This document shows positions 42,805 through 51,668 of a stretch of 64,000 nt of DNA, piece after piece; within the stretch, counting starts at the first letter, position 1; the number at the start of each line of letters is the position of its first letter. The position numbers and the translations under genes are program-made. Below the pieces are notes generated by a model that searched no databases, was not told where the DNA came from, and saw nothing but the letters and a program-made list of their open reading frames with translations. The stretch comes from an uncultured Candidatus Saccharibacteria bacterium (GTDB lineage Bacteria; Patescibacteriota; Saccharimonadia; Saccharimonadales; JALRHH01), in NCBI GenBank assembly GCA_964559915.1, contig CAZLJP010000003.1:119769-183768 (forward strand), read 5' to 3'.

Positions 42805-43599
42805 ATGGATAATCAAGCATCTAAAACAGTAGTCACAAAATCGAACACCATATCGCTATCATTAAATCTCAAATACATTTGTGTGGCCTTATTGCTCGTC
42901 ATTGTTGCCATGTTGGCTCTGTGGCGACCATGGCAAACCTCAGTATCTGATAACAGTCGAGTAATAAAAGTGACTGGTGAAACCCAGGTAACTGCCCAGC
43001 CTGACGAATTTGTGTTTTATCCCAGCTATCAATTGAAAAATGCTAGCAAAGATGCGGCCTTGGCAGAGCTCACCCAAAAAAGTGATGATGTAGTCAAGAA
43101 ACTCAAAGAGTTAGGAGTTGAGGATAGCAAAATTAAGACCGATTCAAATGGCTGGGAAGGCTATCAGTACTTCTACGACGATAGCGCCAAGCAAGCAAAC
43201 TATACGCTCACCCTAACAGTCACTGTTGGCAACAAGGAACTTGCCCAGAAGGTTCAAGATTATCTTGTAACAACCGCTCCAACTGGCTCGGTATCGCCAC
43301 AAGCAGGATTTAGTGATGCCACGCGCAAAAAGCTTGAGGATAAAGCCCGTGATGAAGCTACAAAAGATGCTCGGGCTAAGGCGGATCAGTCAGCCAAAAA
43401 CCTTGGCTACAAAATTGGCAGGGTTAAGAGTGTCGACGATGCCGGCGGTCTTGGTAACATGGGCGGCTGCCGTGGCGGCATCTGCGCCGGTGCGGCGTTA
43501 TCTGTTGCCGAGGACAAAGCCACTACACCAAGCCTGAGCGTGCAATCAGGCGAAAATAAGCTGATTTACAGCGTAACTGTCGAGTACTTCATCCGCTAA
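42805..43599 (+). CDS. SIMPL (DUF541) domain-containing protein
   Basis: TM anchor, then IKVTGETQVTAQPDEFVF...YTLTLTVTV...KADQSAKNLGYKIGRVKSV...LIYSVTVEYFI, a pattern typical of SIMPL/26-kDa periplasmic immunogenic proteins. Confidence 0.65.
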   Translation: MDNQASKTVVTKSNTISLSLNLKYICVALLLVIVAMLALWRPWQTSVSDNSRVIKVTGETQVTAQPDEFVFYPSYQLKNASKDAALAELTQKSDDVVKKLKELGVEDSKIKTDSNGWEGYQYFYDDSAKQANYTLTLTVTVGNKELAQKVQDYLVTTAPTGSVSPQAGFSDATRKKLEDKARDEATKDARAKADQSAKNLGYKIGRVKSVDDAGGLGNMGGCRGGICAGAALSVAEDKATTPSLSVQSGENKLIYSVTVEYFIR

Positions 43600-43624
43600 C
43601 AGGCGTCATGCTACAATAACGCTT

Positions 43625-43879
43625 ATGAATACATTTGCATACGCAGCTGAAGAGTTGCCAAACGCCAACGAGACAACCGCGACAATCGGTTTGTGGGTTT
43701 TTGTCGTTTCTGCATTTGTGGTGGGTGGTATTATCATTTACATCATCTGGTCACACATACAGGAAGCCAACAAAAAACCTACCAAGAAGACTCCAGCCAA
43801 AAAGGCTGCTACCAAGAAGCCAGCCCCTAAGGCCAAGGCCGCTCCCAAGAAAAAAGCTCCCGCCAAACGCAAAAAGTAG
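43625..43879 (+). CDS. small membrane protein with histone-H1-like Lys/Ala/Pro tail
   Basis: 84 aa with one TM helix, then KKPTKKTPAKKAATKKPAPKAKAAPKKKAPAKRKK. Confidence 0.55.
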   Translation: MNTFAYAAEELPNANETTATIGLWVFVVSAFVVGGIIIYIIWSHIQEANKKPTKKTPAKKAATKKPAPKAKAAPKKKAPAKRKK

Positions 43880-43978
43880 TTTTTGCATTACCTGCTGTGA
43901 GATTTCCAACAGCAGGCCAGTAGTACATGTCATAAACTGTGTGCAGCTACGCTTGTAGCTAAGGGTTTGGAGGGATGT

Positions 43979-44242
43979 ATGAACTACGATAAACGTTTGC
44001 CCGATATGGCGGAGATTTTACGATTAAGCACGCTAGTGCGGCCGTATCCCACGACACGTCGCGAGGTGGTTCGTGTAGCTCGAATGTGGAACTTTCCTGA
44101 ATCCGTCGTCAGTCTTGTCAGGCAGTTCCCAGCAGATGAGGTCTTTGATGCGAGGATAGATCTAGTGAATCGCTGTAACGATTTAGCCAGTCTGATACGT
44201 CATCAGTGGCAAGTACCAAGGCAAAGCAGCCTTAATTTGTAA
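43979..44242 (+). CDS. hypothetical protein
   Basis: The track ORF starts at TTG 43967. ATG 43979 is preceded by SD GGAGGG at the proper distance. 87 aa. Confidence 0.5.
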   Translation: MNYDKRLPDMAEILRLSTLVRPYPTTRREVVRVARMWNFPESVVSLVRQFPADEVFDARIDLVNRCNDLASLIRHQWQVPRQSSLNL

Positions 44243-44252
44243 CATAAGCATA

Positions 44253-44280
44253 TTGACAAAATAGCAAAACCATGTATAAT
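44253..44280 (+). promoter_or_regulatory. near-consensus sigma70-type promoter
   Basis: TTGACA (44253-44258), 16-nt spacer, TATAAT (44275-44280). Confidence 0.6.
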
Positions 44281-44343
44281 GAGTAGTGTTATATCGCGAT
44301 AAAACAAAAACGTAATAACAAACATAAAAAGGAAAGGAATATC

Positions 44344-44448
44344 GTGAGCGTACTTGCGCTATCACATCAGTTGGCATACGAATTATTGCCAACAACTAGC
44401 GAAGAAATCCTACAACTCGATATAGAGTTAAATGAGATTTATTCGTAA
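44344..44448 (+). CDS. candidate 34-aa small ORF
   Basis: GTG start preceded by AAAGGAAAGGAA. Encodes MSVLALSHQLAYELLPTTSEEILQLDIELNEIYS. Lies between the strong promoter and the 44559 terminator. Confidence 0.3.
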   Translation: MSVLALSHQLAYELLPTTSEEILQLDIELNEIYS

Positions 44449-44558
44449 CAAACTATGTTAATACAAGATATTAGGCCTGCCCCTAAACAAGCAGCCAAAA
44501 AACTACGACACATTAGTCGGACCAGACGATATATTGTAATCGCTGGCTAAAGCAAAAA

Positions 44559-44587
44559 GCCCCTCCATTACGAGCGAGGGGCTTTTT
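44559..44587. terminator. bidirectional intrinsic terminator
   Basis: GCCCCTC-N10-GAGGGGC with AAAAA upstream and TTTTT downstream. Abuts the stop of the minus-strand gene at 44588. Confidence 0.75.
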
Positions 44588-45493
44588 CTATGCAGCATGT
44601 GCGATATGCGGTGGCTCAATACCGGCATAGTGCAGTAACAGTGGTAATTGTCTCTCGCCAGCAGTATGTTCGCCGGGTTGTCGCAGTGTATCTTCAATTG
44701 CAAAAAACTTATGAGCCGGTGTAATAGCCTGGTAACGCGGCAGGGCACAGTTGGTGTTTACCACGTGGTCAGATGGGCCGTGCACATAATACACGGCGTC
44801 CATAATATCGGGCAGGCTGCCATCAGGATGAGACTGGCCCATAAAGAGCCCCTCAGAGCGAATGGTATCCAGATGGGCACCAGCGGACATTGGCCCAGCT
44901 ACATGGCTGTAAATCTGACGTTTCAGGAAATCTAGAGTCATGCTTGAACGCACGCCTTTACTCGATGCCATAGTAAGCAAGCGTTTGTGGCTATCGTGTA
45001 CGTCCTGCAGGTCAAAAGGTGAGGCATCCAAGATAATCGGGCCAAAACCACCCAGTTTTTCGGCTACACCGGTCTGCTGGGCATAGTGCAGGAAGTGTCG
45101 CATCACAATGCCCCCCATAGACTCACATAGCAGGGCGGGTCGTTCAGCTCGGTTTTTAACAAGCTGCTTGGCTAGGCCTTCACAGACTGCCTCCACGTTA
45201 AAAGTGTGTTCTGGGTAATCGGTAGCAATGAGCTTCGTGTTGGGCGTGACCTTGGCCAGGCTCTCAAAGAATAGTCGGCCATTTGTTTGGCAGCCAGGCA
45301 GGACTCCTAGGGTGTGCCGGGCACCTTGGTTGAGGTGAGCGGTATGAAACTCGGGGGTGGTGCGGCGCGTCGCATTGCTGTGGGCGCCAAAAATCTGGTC
45401 GATAGCAAACACAGTCCCAACAGCTAAGACAGGCATAAGGCCTTTCTCGAAGTTGTTTGGTATTTGACTGTGTTTTTGTGTTGAACTAAGCAT
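44588..45493 (-). CDS. putative alpha/beta-fold hydrolase
   Basis: 301 aa with a nucleophile-elbow-like LLCESMGGIV, and later HGPSDHVV and GEHTAG as possible Asp/His. Weak call. Confidence 0.45.
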   Translation of the reverse strand: MLSSTQKHSQIPNNFEKGLMPVLAVGTVFAIDQIFGAHSNATRRTTPEFHTAHLNQGARHTLGVLPGCQTNGRLFFESLAKVTPNTKLIATDYPEHTFNVEAVCEGLAKQLVKNRAERPALLCESMGGIVMRHFLHYAQQTGVAEKLGGFGPIILDASPFDLQDVHDSHKRLLTMASSKGVRSSMTLDFLKRQIYSHVAGPMSAGAHLDTIRSEGLFMGQSHPDGSLPDIMDAVYYVHGPSDHVVNTNCALPRYQAITPAHKFFAIEDTLRQPGEHTAGERQLPLLLHYAGIEPPHIAHAA

Positions 45494-45586
45494 TGTGCTT
45501 ACGCCCTCAAACCTAGTTATACTACCAATTTAAAATATGTCAATAGTGATAAATATCACTAAATCTCTCGAGTATTTTGCTGATTC

Positions 45587-45619
45587 TGGTAGCGATGAGT
45601 GGACTTGAACCACTGACCC
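45587..45619 (-). repeat. tRNA 3'-half fragment (T-arm, acceptor strand, CCA) of a second tRNA-Met-like copy
   Basis: TGGTAGCGATGAGTGGACTTGAACCACTGACCC versus the intact tRNA 3' end TGGTAGCGGCGAGTGGGCTTGAACCACTGACCT (4 mismatches in 33). Adjacent perfect 11-bp hairpin at 45619-45643. Confidence 0.8.
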
Positions 45620-45785
45620 GTAAACGCCCTGTGGGCGTTTACGTTTTCCTTGCTTGACCGAAATTTGAACGCATTCAAATTTCGTAGGATATGACAGGCT
45701 TATATTTCATATAAACTGCAGCCATACTCGAAGTAAACTTCTGCGTGTGGCTTTGTTTATGAGCCCTGACAATTTAGAACATTTC

Positions 45786-45862
45786 TGGTAGCGGCGAGTG
45801 GGCTTGAACCACTGACCTCAGGCTTATGAGTCCTGCGCTCTAACCAGCTGAGCTACGCCGCC
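45786..45862 (-). tRNA. tRNA, anticodon CAT, elongator type (Met or Ile2)
   Basis: Reverse complement GGCGGCGTAGCTCAGCTGGTTAGAGCGCAGGACTCATAAGCCTGAGGTCAGTGGTTCAAGCCCACTCGCCGCTACCA is a 77-nt cloverleaf with an encoded CCA and one A/G mismatch at the base of the anticodon stem. Confidence 0.9.
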
Positions 45863-45884
45863 CCAGAAATAGTCTAAATTGTTA

Positions 45885-45912
45885 ATGCTCTAACCAGCTG
45901 AGCTGCATCGCC
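45885..45912 (-). repeat. tRNA 5'-half fragment (acceptor strand + D-arm) matching the 45587 fragment
   Basis: Reverse complement is GGCGATGCAGCTCAGCTGGTTAGAGCAT. Its acceptor strand GGCGATG is complementary to CATCGCT in the 3' fragment, not to the intact tRNA (GGCGGCG). Confidence 0.75.
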
Positions 45913-45965
45913 ACAAGAAAAAGCAAAATAACAGGGGTTAATATAACAGATTTTCTTGCTCCTGG

Positions 45966-46478
45966 CTAGAGCAGATGCACAATCTCCGCATTACCGAATC
46001 TAGCAGAGCCATGGAATGGCGTGCTTGGTGTTAGGATGTGACGTATAGCCCGGCCTGTTGCACCATGGCTGACCACTAAGATAGTATCACCAGGTAACGA
46101 CTCTATCCATTCTATGGCGAGGCGTGCTCGGTTAAATAATGTGTCGGTTGTTTCTATGTCTGCAATGCCGTCCATATCAAAATCTGGTCTATACGGCTGA
46201 CCCTCGAGCTGACCCATATGCCGTTCTACCAGCAGGCTACTCTGGTGAATTTTATCCAATGTATAACCAATTTCTTTCGCCACGATTTGCGCTGTTTCAA
46301 TTGCCCGACTTTGCGTAGAGCACACAATAGTATCTATATTAAGTTCCTTGGCATGCTGGCCTGCAAGCTTGGCCTGAGTCCGCCCTTCGTCTGTAAGATC
46401 AGTTTCACTTGAACCCGACCACAAACCCGCGACATTCATTTCGGTTAACCCATGACGCATAAAGTAGAGTGTTTTCAT
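45966..46478 (-). CDS. histidine phosphatase family protein (phosphoglycerate-mutase-like)
   Basis: MKTLYFMRHGLTEMN (RHG motif) and VVSHGATGRAI. The start at 46478 gives an ATGA overlap with the upstream gene. The track ORF extends to 46517. Confidence 0.8.
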   Translation of the reverse strand: MKTLYFMRHGLTEMNVAGLWSGSSETDLTDEGRTQAKLAGQHAKELNIDTIVCSTQSRAIETAQIVAKEIGYTLDKIHQSSLLVERHMGQLEGQPYRPDFDMDGIADIETTDTLFNRARLAIEWIESLPGDTILVVSHGATGRAIRHILTPSTPFHGSARFGNAEIVHLL

Positions 46479-47071
46479 GAATATTTTTCCTTGTACCATT
46501 TTACGAGCTCGTGCCATGCATCGGGACGGTTTTTATATCGTTCAGCAACCGCATCAGCACCTTGTGCAAAAACCTCGGCTATCGTTTTGCCATTATCTGA
46601 ATCAAGTGCCACTACTGTCATGCACGGTGATTTAGTATTTTCTCCCTGTTGTTTGGTAAGTATAACCCCAGGAATGTCGTTCTGAAATATTAAGATTTCA
46701 CGACCATCATAGTAGGCAAGATATTGGTGAATATACACAGATCGGTCTTCGATGCCGTTCATCAATCGTAAAAAATCCTCTGGCTTGAACCAGTAGTTTA
46801 GTGACTTCATGTATGGACCAGGGAACCCATTTAGTGCCGGAATACTCCAGGAGTCATCGCTGACAACGACTGGCTTGCCATATTGTTCGTATGCGCGTAT
46901 GGCTTTATCTTTGACAATTAATTCGGGATTCTCGCCTTGAATCTCGTCAATTTCAAGAAATAGCTGGTTGATTGTTAGCCCAGCTTTTTCGCAAACGTGC
47001 ATAGCAATGGCGAACTTTTCTTTGTTACTACTAGCGAAGGCAATTGGTGGAAGGCTCATAATTACGTACAA
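46475..47071 (-). CDS. non-canonical purine NTP pyrophosphatase-like (Ham1/RdgB family)
   Basis: IAFASSNKEKF, EIDEIQGE, VVVSDDSWSIPALNGFPGPYMK. TTG start in the track; ATG at codon 5 is an alternative. Confidence 0.7.
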   Translation of the reverse strand: MYVIMSLPPIAFASSNKEKFAIAMHVCEKAGLTINQLFLEIDEIQGENPELIVKDKAIRAYEQYGKPVVVSDDSWSIPALNGFPGPYMKSLNYWFKPEDFLRLMNGIEDRSVYIHQYLAYYDGREILIFQNDIPGVILTKQQGENTKSPCMTVVALDSDNGKTIAEVFAQGADAVAERYKNRPDAWHELVKWYKEKYS

Positions 47072-47082
47072 TTGTTACAGAT

Positions 47083-47970
47083 ATGGATATCGCAGTAAAG
47101 CCAGGTACATATGTTATAGCGGTGTCGGGTGGAGTCGACAGCATGGTATTGTTCGATATGCTTAAGCAACAACCAGGACTAAAACTGATTGTCGCCCATT
47201 TTGACCATGGTATTCGACATGACTCATTTATCGACAGAGAGCTAGTGCAAACAGTAGTCAAACAGCATCAGATTCCGTTTGTGTACCACGAGGGCAAGCT
47301 GGGCCCCGAGGCGAGTGAAGACGCTGCACGTAAAGCACGGTATGACTTTTTGCATACAGTACGCCGGGCAAGTGGTGCGCGGGCGATTATTACGGCACAC
47401 CATCACAACGATGCGCTAGAAACAGCTGTTATTAATCTGCTGCGAGGAACGGGCCGTAAGGGGTTGAGCTCTTTGCACACTAACCAGCTTGTACACCGGC
47501 CGTTGCTACATATCCCTAAACAGGCTTTGCGAGCCTATGCGGCAGACCAGGGCCTAGTCTGGCGTGAAGACTCCACCAATCAGGATATGCGTTATCTGAG
47601 GAACCATGTGCGCCATCAGATTTTGCCGCAATTTAGCGACCAACAGCGTCAACAACTAGCTGAATTAGTAGAACGCGCCCACCAAACTAATGTCGAGCTG
47701 GATACGCAATTACTCAATTATCTGCACCAGCAGCCGGCATTAGACAGACTGGACCGTCATGCTTTTATACAGCTGCCACATACAGTCGCCCGGGAAGTTT
47801 TAGCTAGCTGGCTACGCTCAAATAACATTCGTGACTTTGACCAGCGCACACTTGAACGCCTAGTGGTAGCTGCCAAGACATTGGCTCCGGCCAAGATAAC
47901 TGACATCACAAAAGGCTATAGTTTGCATGTCACAACCAATCATTTGGCACTCAAACGCCCAGACCGCTAG
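47083..47970 (+). CDS. tilS: tRNA(Ile)-lysidine synthase
   Basis: PP-loop VIAVSGGVDSMVL, then HFDHGIR and ITAHHHNDALET. 295 aa (short form). Confidence 0.88.
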   Translation: MDIAVKPGTYVIAVSGGVDSMVLFDMLKQQPGLKLIVAHFDHGIRHDSFIDRELVQTVVKQHQIPFVYHEGKLGPEASEDAARKARYDFLHTVRRASGARAIITAHHHNDALETAVINLLRGTGRKGLSSLHTNQLVHRPLLHIPKQALRAYAADQGLVWREDSTNQDMRYLRNHVRHQILPQFSDQQRQQLAELVERAHQTNVELDTQLLNYLHQQPALDRLDRHAFIQLPHTVAREVLASWLRSNNIRDFDQRTLERLVVAAKTLAPAKITDITKGYSLHVTTNHLALKRPDR

Positions 47971-47998
47971 TAATCATATGTTCTGCTCTGTATAATGG

Positions 47999-49894
47999 AT
48001 GCGTATGGATAAAAAACCTTTTCGCATGAAGAAACCAGCAACCCCTAATAAGCGTGGCATGAAAAACGCTGGCTTCGTAGCTTTACTGATATTATTTGGT
48101 CTTATCGTATTTGCCTCATATGGTAATAAAGAACAACCCAAGGACATCCCTATTAATCAGGTGATTTCTCAGGCCAATGACAAAGATAACAAGGATGCCG
48201 ATAAGAAAATCGGCAGACTAGAAATTACTGGCAACGACATCAAAGTTTACAAAAACGCTGATGACAAGAACCCTATCGGAGTCTCTCACAAAGAATCAGG
48301 CTCAAGTATCTATGAGCAGGGCCTGACTAACCGCGATGTTGAGGTTGTAGTAAAGAAAGAATCAGCCAGCGGTTCTATCTGGACAAATATTCTCATTACG
48401 TTACTACCCGTGATTGTTATTGTGGGTGTTCTAGTCTTTATGATGCGCAGTGCGCAGGGCCAGGGCAACCAGGCAATGAGCTTTGGCAAGAGCAAGGCAC
48501 GTTTGTACGGCAACGAAAAAGACAAAGTCAGCTTCAAGGATATTGCTGGCTACGACGAGTCCAAGCAAGATTTGGAAGAAGTCGTAGAATTCCTCAAATT
48601 CCCCAAGAAGTTTGAATCTGTTGGTGCCAAGATTCCAAAGGGCGTGCTATTAATTGGCCCTCCTGGAACCGGTAAGACTATGATTGCCCGTGCGGTAGCA
48701 GGCGAAGCCGAAGTACCGTTCTTTAGCATCTCTGGTTCAGAGTTTGTTGAAATGTTTGTGGGTGTCGGTGCATCACGTGTACGTGACTTGTTTGCTAAGG
48801 CCAAGAAAAACGCACCGTGCATCATCTTCATAGATGAAATTGATGCTGTTGGTCGCCGCCGTGGTTCTGGTATGGGCGGTGGTCACGATGAGCGTGAGCA
48901 GACATTAAATCAGATTTTGACCGAGATGGACGGGTTCGAACAGGGAGCAAATGTGATTGTTGTTGCCGCAACCAACCGTGTTGATGTACTTGATCCAGCC
49001 TTATTACGCCCAGGTCGCTTTGACCGTCGTGTGACAGTAGGTTTACCTGACCGCAAAGAACGTGAAGCAATTTTGAAAGTTCATTTCGAGAAGAAGCCAA
49101 CCGCTAAAAATGTCGACCTTGATTCACTTGCGGCAAAGACCGCCGGTTCATCAGGCGCAGACTTGGCTAATATTTCTAACGAGTCTGCAATTGTAGCCGC
49201 TCGACACAATCGTAAGGAAATCACACAAGATGATGTGACAGCAGCCTTCGAAAAAGTAGCCATTGGTCCAGAGCGCAAGAGCAAGATTATGAGCGAAAAG
49301 GAAAAGGAACTAACCGCGTATCACGAAGCCGGTCATGCGATTGTTGGCCATGTACTACCCGATAGTGACATGGTGCACAAGGTCACAATTATTCCACGTG
49401 GTGGTACAGGCGGTGTTACCTGGTTTATTCCACCAGAAGACAAAAGCTACCATAGCATCATTGAATACAAGGATGTCCTTGCTCGTATGCTTGGTGGTCG
49501 TATCGCCGAAGAAGTTATCTATGGCAAAGAACGTGTCACTACCGGTGCTGGCTCTGACCTCCAAAAAGCCGCCGAGTTGGCTCGCGAGATGATAGTAAAC
49601 CAAGGTATGGGCAAAAAACTCCGAGACCAAGTCTTCCACGTAGAAGAAGGCATGATGCTAGACCGTATGGTGCACGAAAAGCAATTCTCTGATGAAACTG
49701 CCAAGGTTATCGACGACGAAGTAGAGGCGCTTATTACTGAAGCCGCTACGAGGGCCCGTGAAGTTATCAAGGCAAACAAAGCCAAGATTGACCTGCTCAA
49801 GGATGCCCTGCTCGAAAAAGAAACCGTTGAAGCAGAAGAAGTGATTGAAATCCTAAACGGTGCAATCCTACCAAAAGCAGCTTCTTTGTACTAA
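47999..49894 (+). CDS. ftsH: ATP-dependent zinc metalloprotease FtsH
   Basis: Two TM helices, Walker A GPPGTGKT, Walker [13 protein letters not shown] region [20 protein letters not shown], and zinc site HEAGHAIV. Confidence 0.96.
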   Translation: MRMDKKPFRMKKPATPNKRGMKNAGFVALLILFGLIVFASYGNKEQPKDIPINQVISQANDKDNKDADKKIGRLEITGNDIKVYKNADDKNPIGVSHKESGSSIYEQGLTNRDVEVVVKKESASGSIWTNILITLLPVIVIVGVLVFMMRSAQGQGNQAMSFGKSKARLYGNEKDKVSFKDIAGYDESKQDLEEVVEFLKFPKKFESVGAKIPKGVLLIGPPGTGKTMIARAVAGEAEVPFFSISGSEFVEMFVGVGASRVRDLFAKAKKNAPCIIFIDEIDAVGRRRGSGMGGGHDEREQTLNQILTEMDGFEQGANVIVVAATNRVDVLDPALLRPGRFDRRVTVGLPDRKEREAILKVHFEKKPTAKNVDLDSLAAKTAGSSGADLANISNESAIVAARHNRKEITQDDVTAAFEKVAIGPERKSKIMSEKEKELTAYHEAGHAIVGHVLPDSDMVHKVTIIPRGGTGGVTWFIPPEDKSYHSIIEYKDVLARMLGGRIAEEVIYGKERVTTGAGSDLQKAAELAREMIVNQGMGKKLRDQVFHVEEGMMLDRMVHEKQFSDETAKVIDDEVEALITEAATRAREVIKANKAKIDLLKDALLEKETVEAEEVIEILNGAILPKAASLY

Positions 49895-50016
49895 ACCATT
49901 CTAAAAGTACTATCCAGTGCCAATAACAATTCTTCGAATTGTTGAAACGGGCGGTACTTAAAATAAACATGTAAACACGTTTATTTCTCCGTTCCTACGT
50001 TATAATATGGGGTTGA

Positions 50017-51639
50017 ATGGTACGGCCTCAAATAAAACTACTCAAACGGGCAAATAAGCGTATTTCTCTCGGGAATGCCGCTGCCTTATTGGTGGGCGCG
50101 GCACTTATTGGCCAAGTACTGGGTTTCCTTAGGCTCAAGCTGATTAACGCCAACTTTGATGAGTTTGGTGCAAACAGTACTGACGCATTCTTTGCTGCAT
50201 TTAAAATTCCAGATTTTTTCTTTTATACGATTGCAGCGGGTGCGCTTGGTGTAGCTTTTATTCCGGTATTGTCTGATCATTTGCACAAGCATGACCGCAA
50301 AGGGGCGTGGGAACTAGCTACGAGCCTGCTCAATTTGCTAGCCATATTCATGGCAATTGTCGGTGTGATTATTCTGCTGTTTGCAGAACCGTTGCTTTCT
50401 ATTGTGGCACCTGGCTTGAACCCAGAACAAAAGGATACCGCAGCCACGATTATGCGGCTAGTGTCGTTTAACCCATTCCTGTTTACGCTATCGGGCATCA
50501 TTACTGCTATGCAGCAGACAATTGGCCGTTTCTTCTTCTTTGCAATTGCTCCATTTTTCTACAATGGAGCAATTATTATTTGTGCCATGATTTTCAGCAC
50601 GCTGGGTGGTAATGATGGGGGACCAGGCCATCTTGGACTGGTAGGTCTTGGTATTGGTGCACTCATTGGTGCAGTACTACAGCTTCTGATTGTCATGTTT
50701 GGTTTGAGTGGAGCTGGCTTTAGCTGGCGTGCCCAAATTCGCAAAACTCAGGAGTTGCGAGGTGTACTGCAGCGCTTACCAGCCCGCTCAATTGACCAGG
50801 GTATAGATTCTATTAACAGTATTGCCGAGACACGGTTTGCCTCAAGGCTGGGGACGGGGAACATCACCTATTACGAAAATGCCTATACATTGCACACCGT
50901 GCCAATCCAGCTAGTAGGTACTACTATTGCCACGGCGGCTTTCCCGCGCCTAACAGAGCGTATATCATCTGGCCGTACAGACCTGTTTAGAAAAGATTTC
51001 TTGATGGTACTTCGGGCCATGATATGGATTATGATGCCGATTGTAGTAATTAGTTACTTTACCCGCGGTTACTTATCCCGTCTGATTTTTGCACAGGGCA
51101 CGTCCGAGATTTCACTTATCTTTGGGTTCTTGGTTGGAGCTATATTTTTCCGCACAATGTATGCCATTATCTCGCGCTGGTTCTATGCGCAGAAGGATAC
51201 CAAGACGCCACTCATCGTGTCGCTGTTTATCATCGCGCTTAACATTGCACTGGCATACAATCTTTCGCAGCCGGATGCTTACGGAGTTGCCGGTTTAGCC
51301 ATGGCCCAATCAATTGTGGCAGTGGTAGAAGTAATGGTGCTAACAGCCATTATGTTGGTACGCGACCATAAGCTATTCGATGCTAGTTTTTGGAATGGTG
51401 TACTACGAATATTTTCCGTAACAGGCTTTACGCTGCTAACGGCCTTCATTATGATTTCGTTGCTTCCACTCAATGTCAACGACCGTGGTTTTGCCACACT
51501 TGGTTCCAAGCTTGGTTTGATTACAATCGTTACATTAACGGTGCATTTGGGGGTCTCATTATTGTTCGGTTTACAGGAAGCTCGGCCAGTCGTAGATAAA
51601 ATCAAAAAGCTTGCCCTCAAGCCAGTCAGGCTTTCATAA
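50017..51639 (+). CDS. murJ: lipid II flippase MurJ
   Basis: 540 aa with about 14 TM helices. The N-terminus ...FFAAFKIPDFFFYTIAAGALGVAFIPV is typical of MurJ/MviN. Confidence 0.85.
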   Translation: MVRPQIKLLKRANKRISLGNAAALLVGAALIGQVLGFLRLKLINANFDEFGANSTDAFFAAFKIPDFFFYTIAAGALGVAFIPVLSDHLHKHDRKGAWELATSLLNLLAIFMAIVGVIILLFAEPLLSIVAPGLNPEQKDTAATIMRLVSFNPFLFTLSGIITAMQQTIGRFFFFAIAPFFYNGAIIICAMIFSTLGGNDGGPGHLGLVGLGIGALIGAVLQLLIVMFGLSGAGFSWRAQIRKTQELRGVLQRLPARSIDQGIDSINSIAETRFASRLGTGNITYYENAYTLHTVPIQLVGTTIATAAFPRLTERISSGRTDLFRKDFLMVLRAMIWIMMPIVVISYFTRGYLSRLIFAQGTSEISLIFGFLVGAIFFRTMYAIISRWFYAQKDTKTPLIVSLFIIALNIALAYNLSQPDAYGVAGLAMAQSIVAVVEVMVLTAIMLVRDHKLFDASFWNGVLRIFSVTGFTLLTAFIMISLLPLNVNDRGFATLGSKLGLITIVTLTVHLGVSLLFGLQEARPVVDKIKKLALKPVRLS

Positions 51640-51668
51640 CAGAGGTAGATAAGGTATACTCCCTTGAG

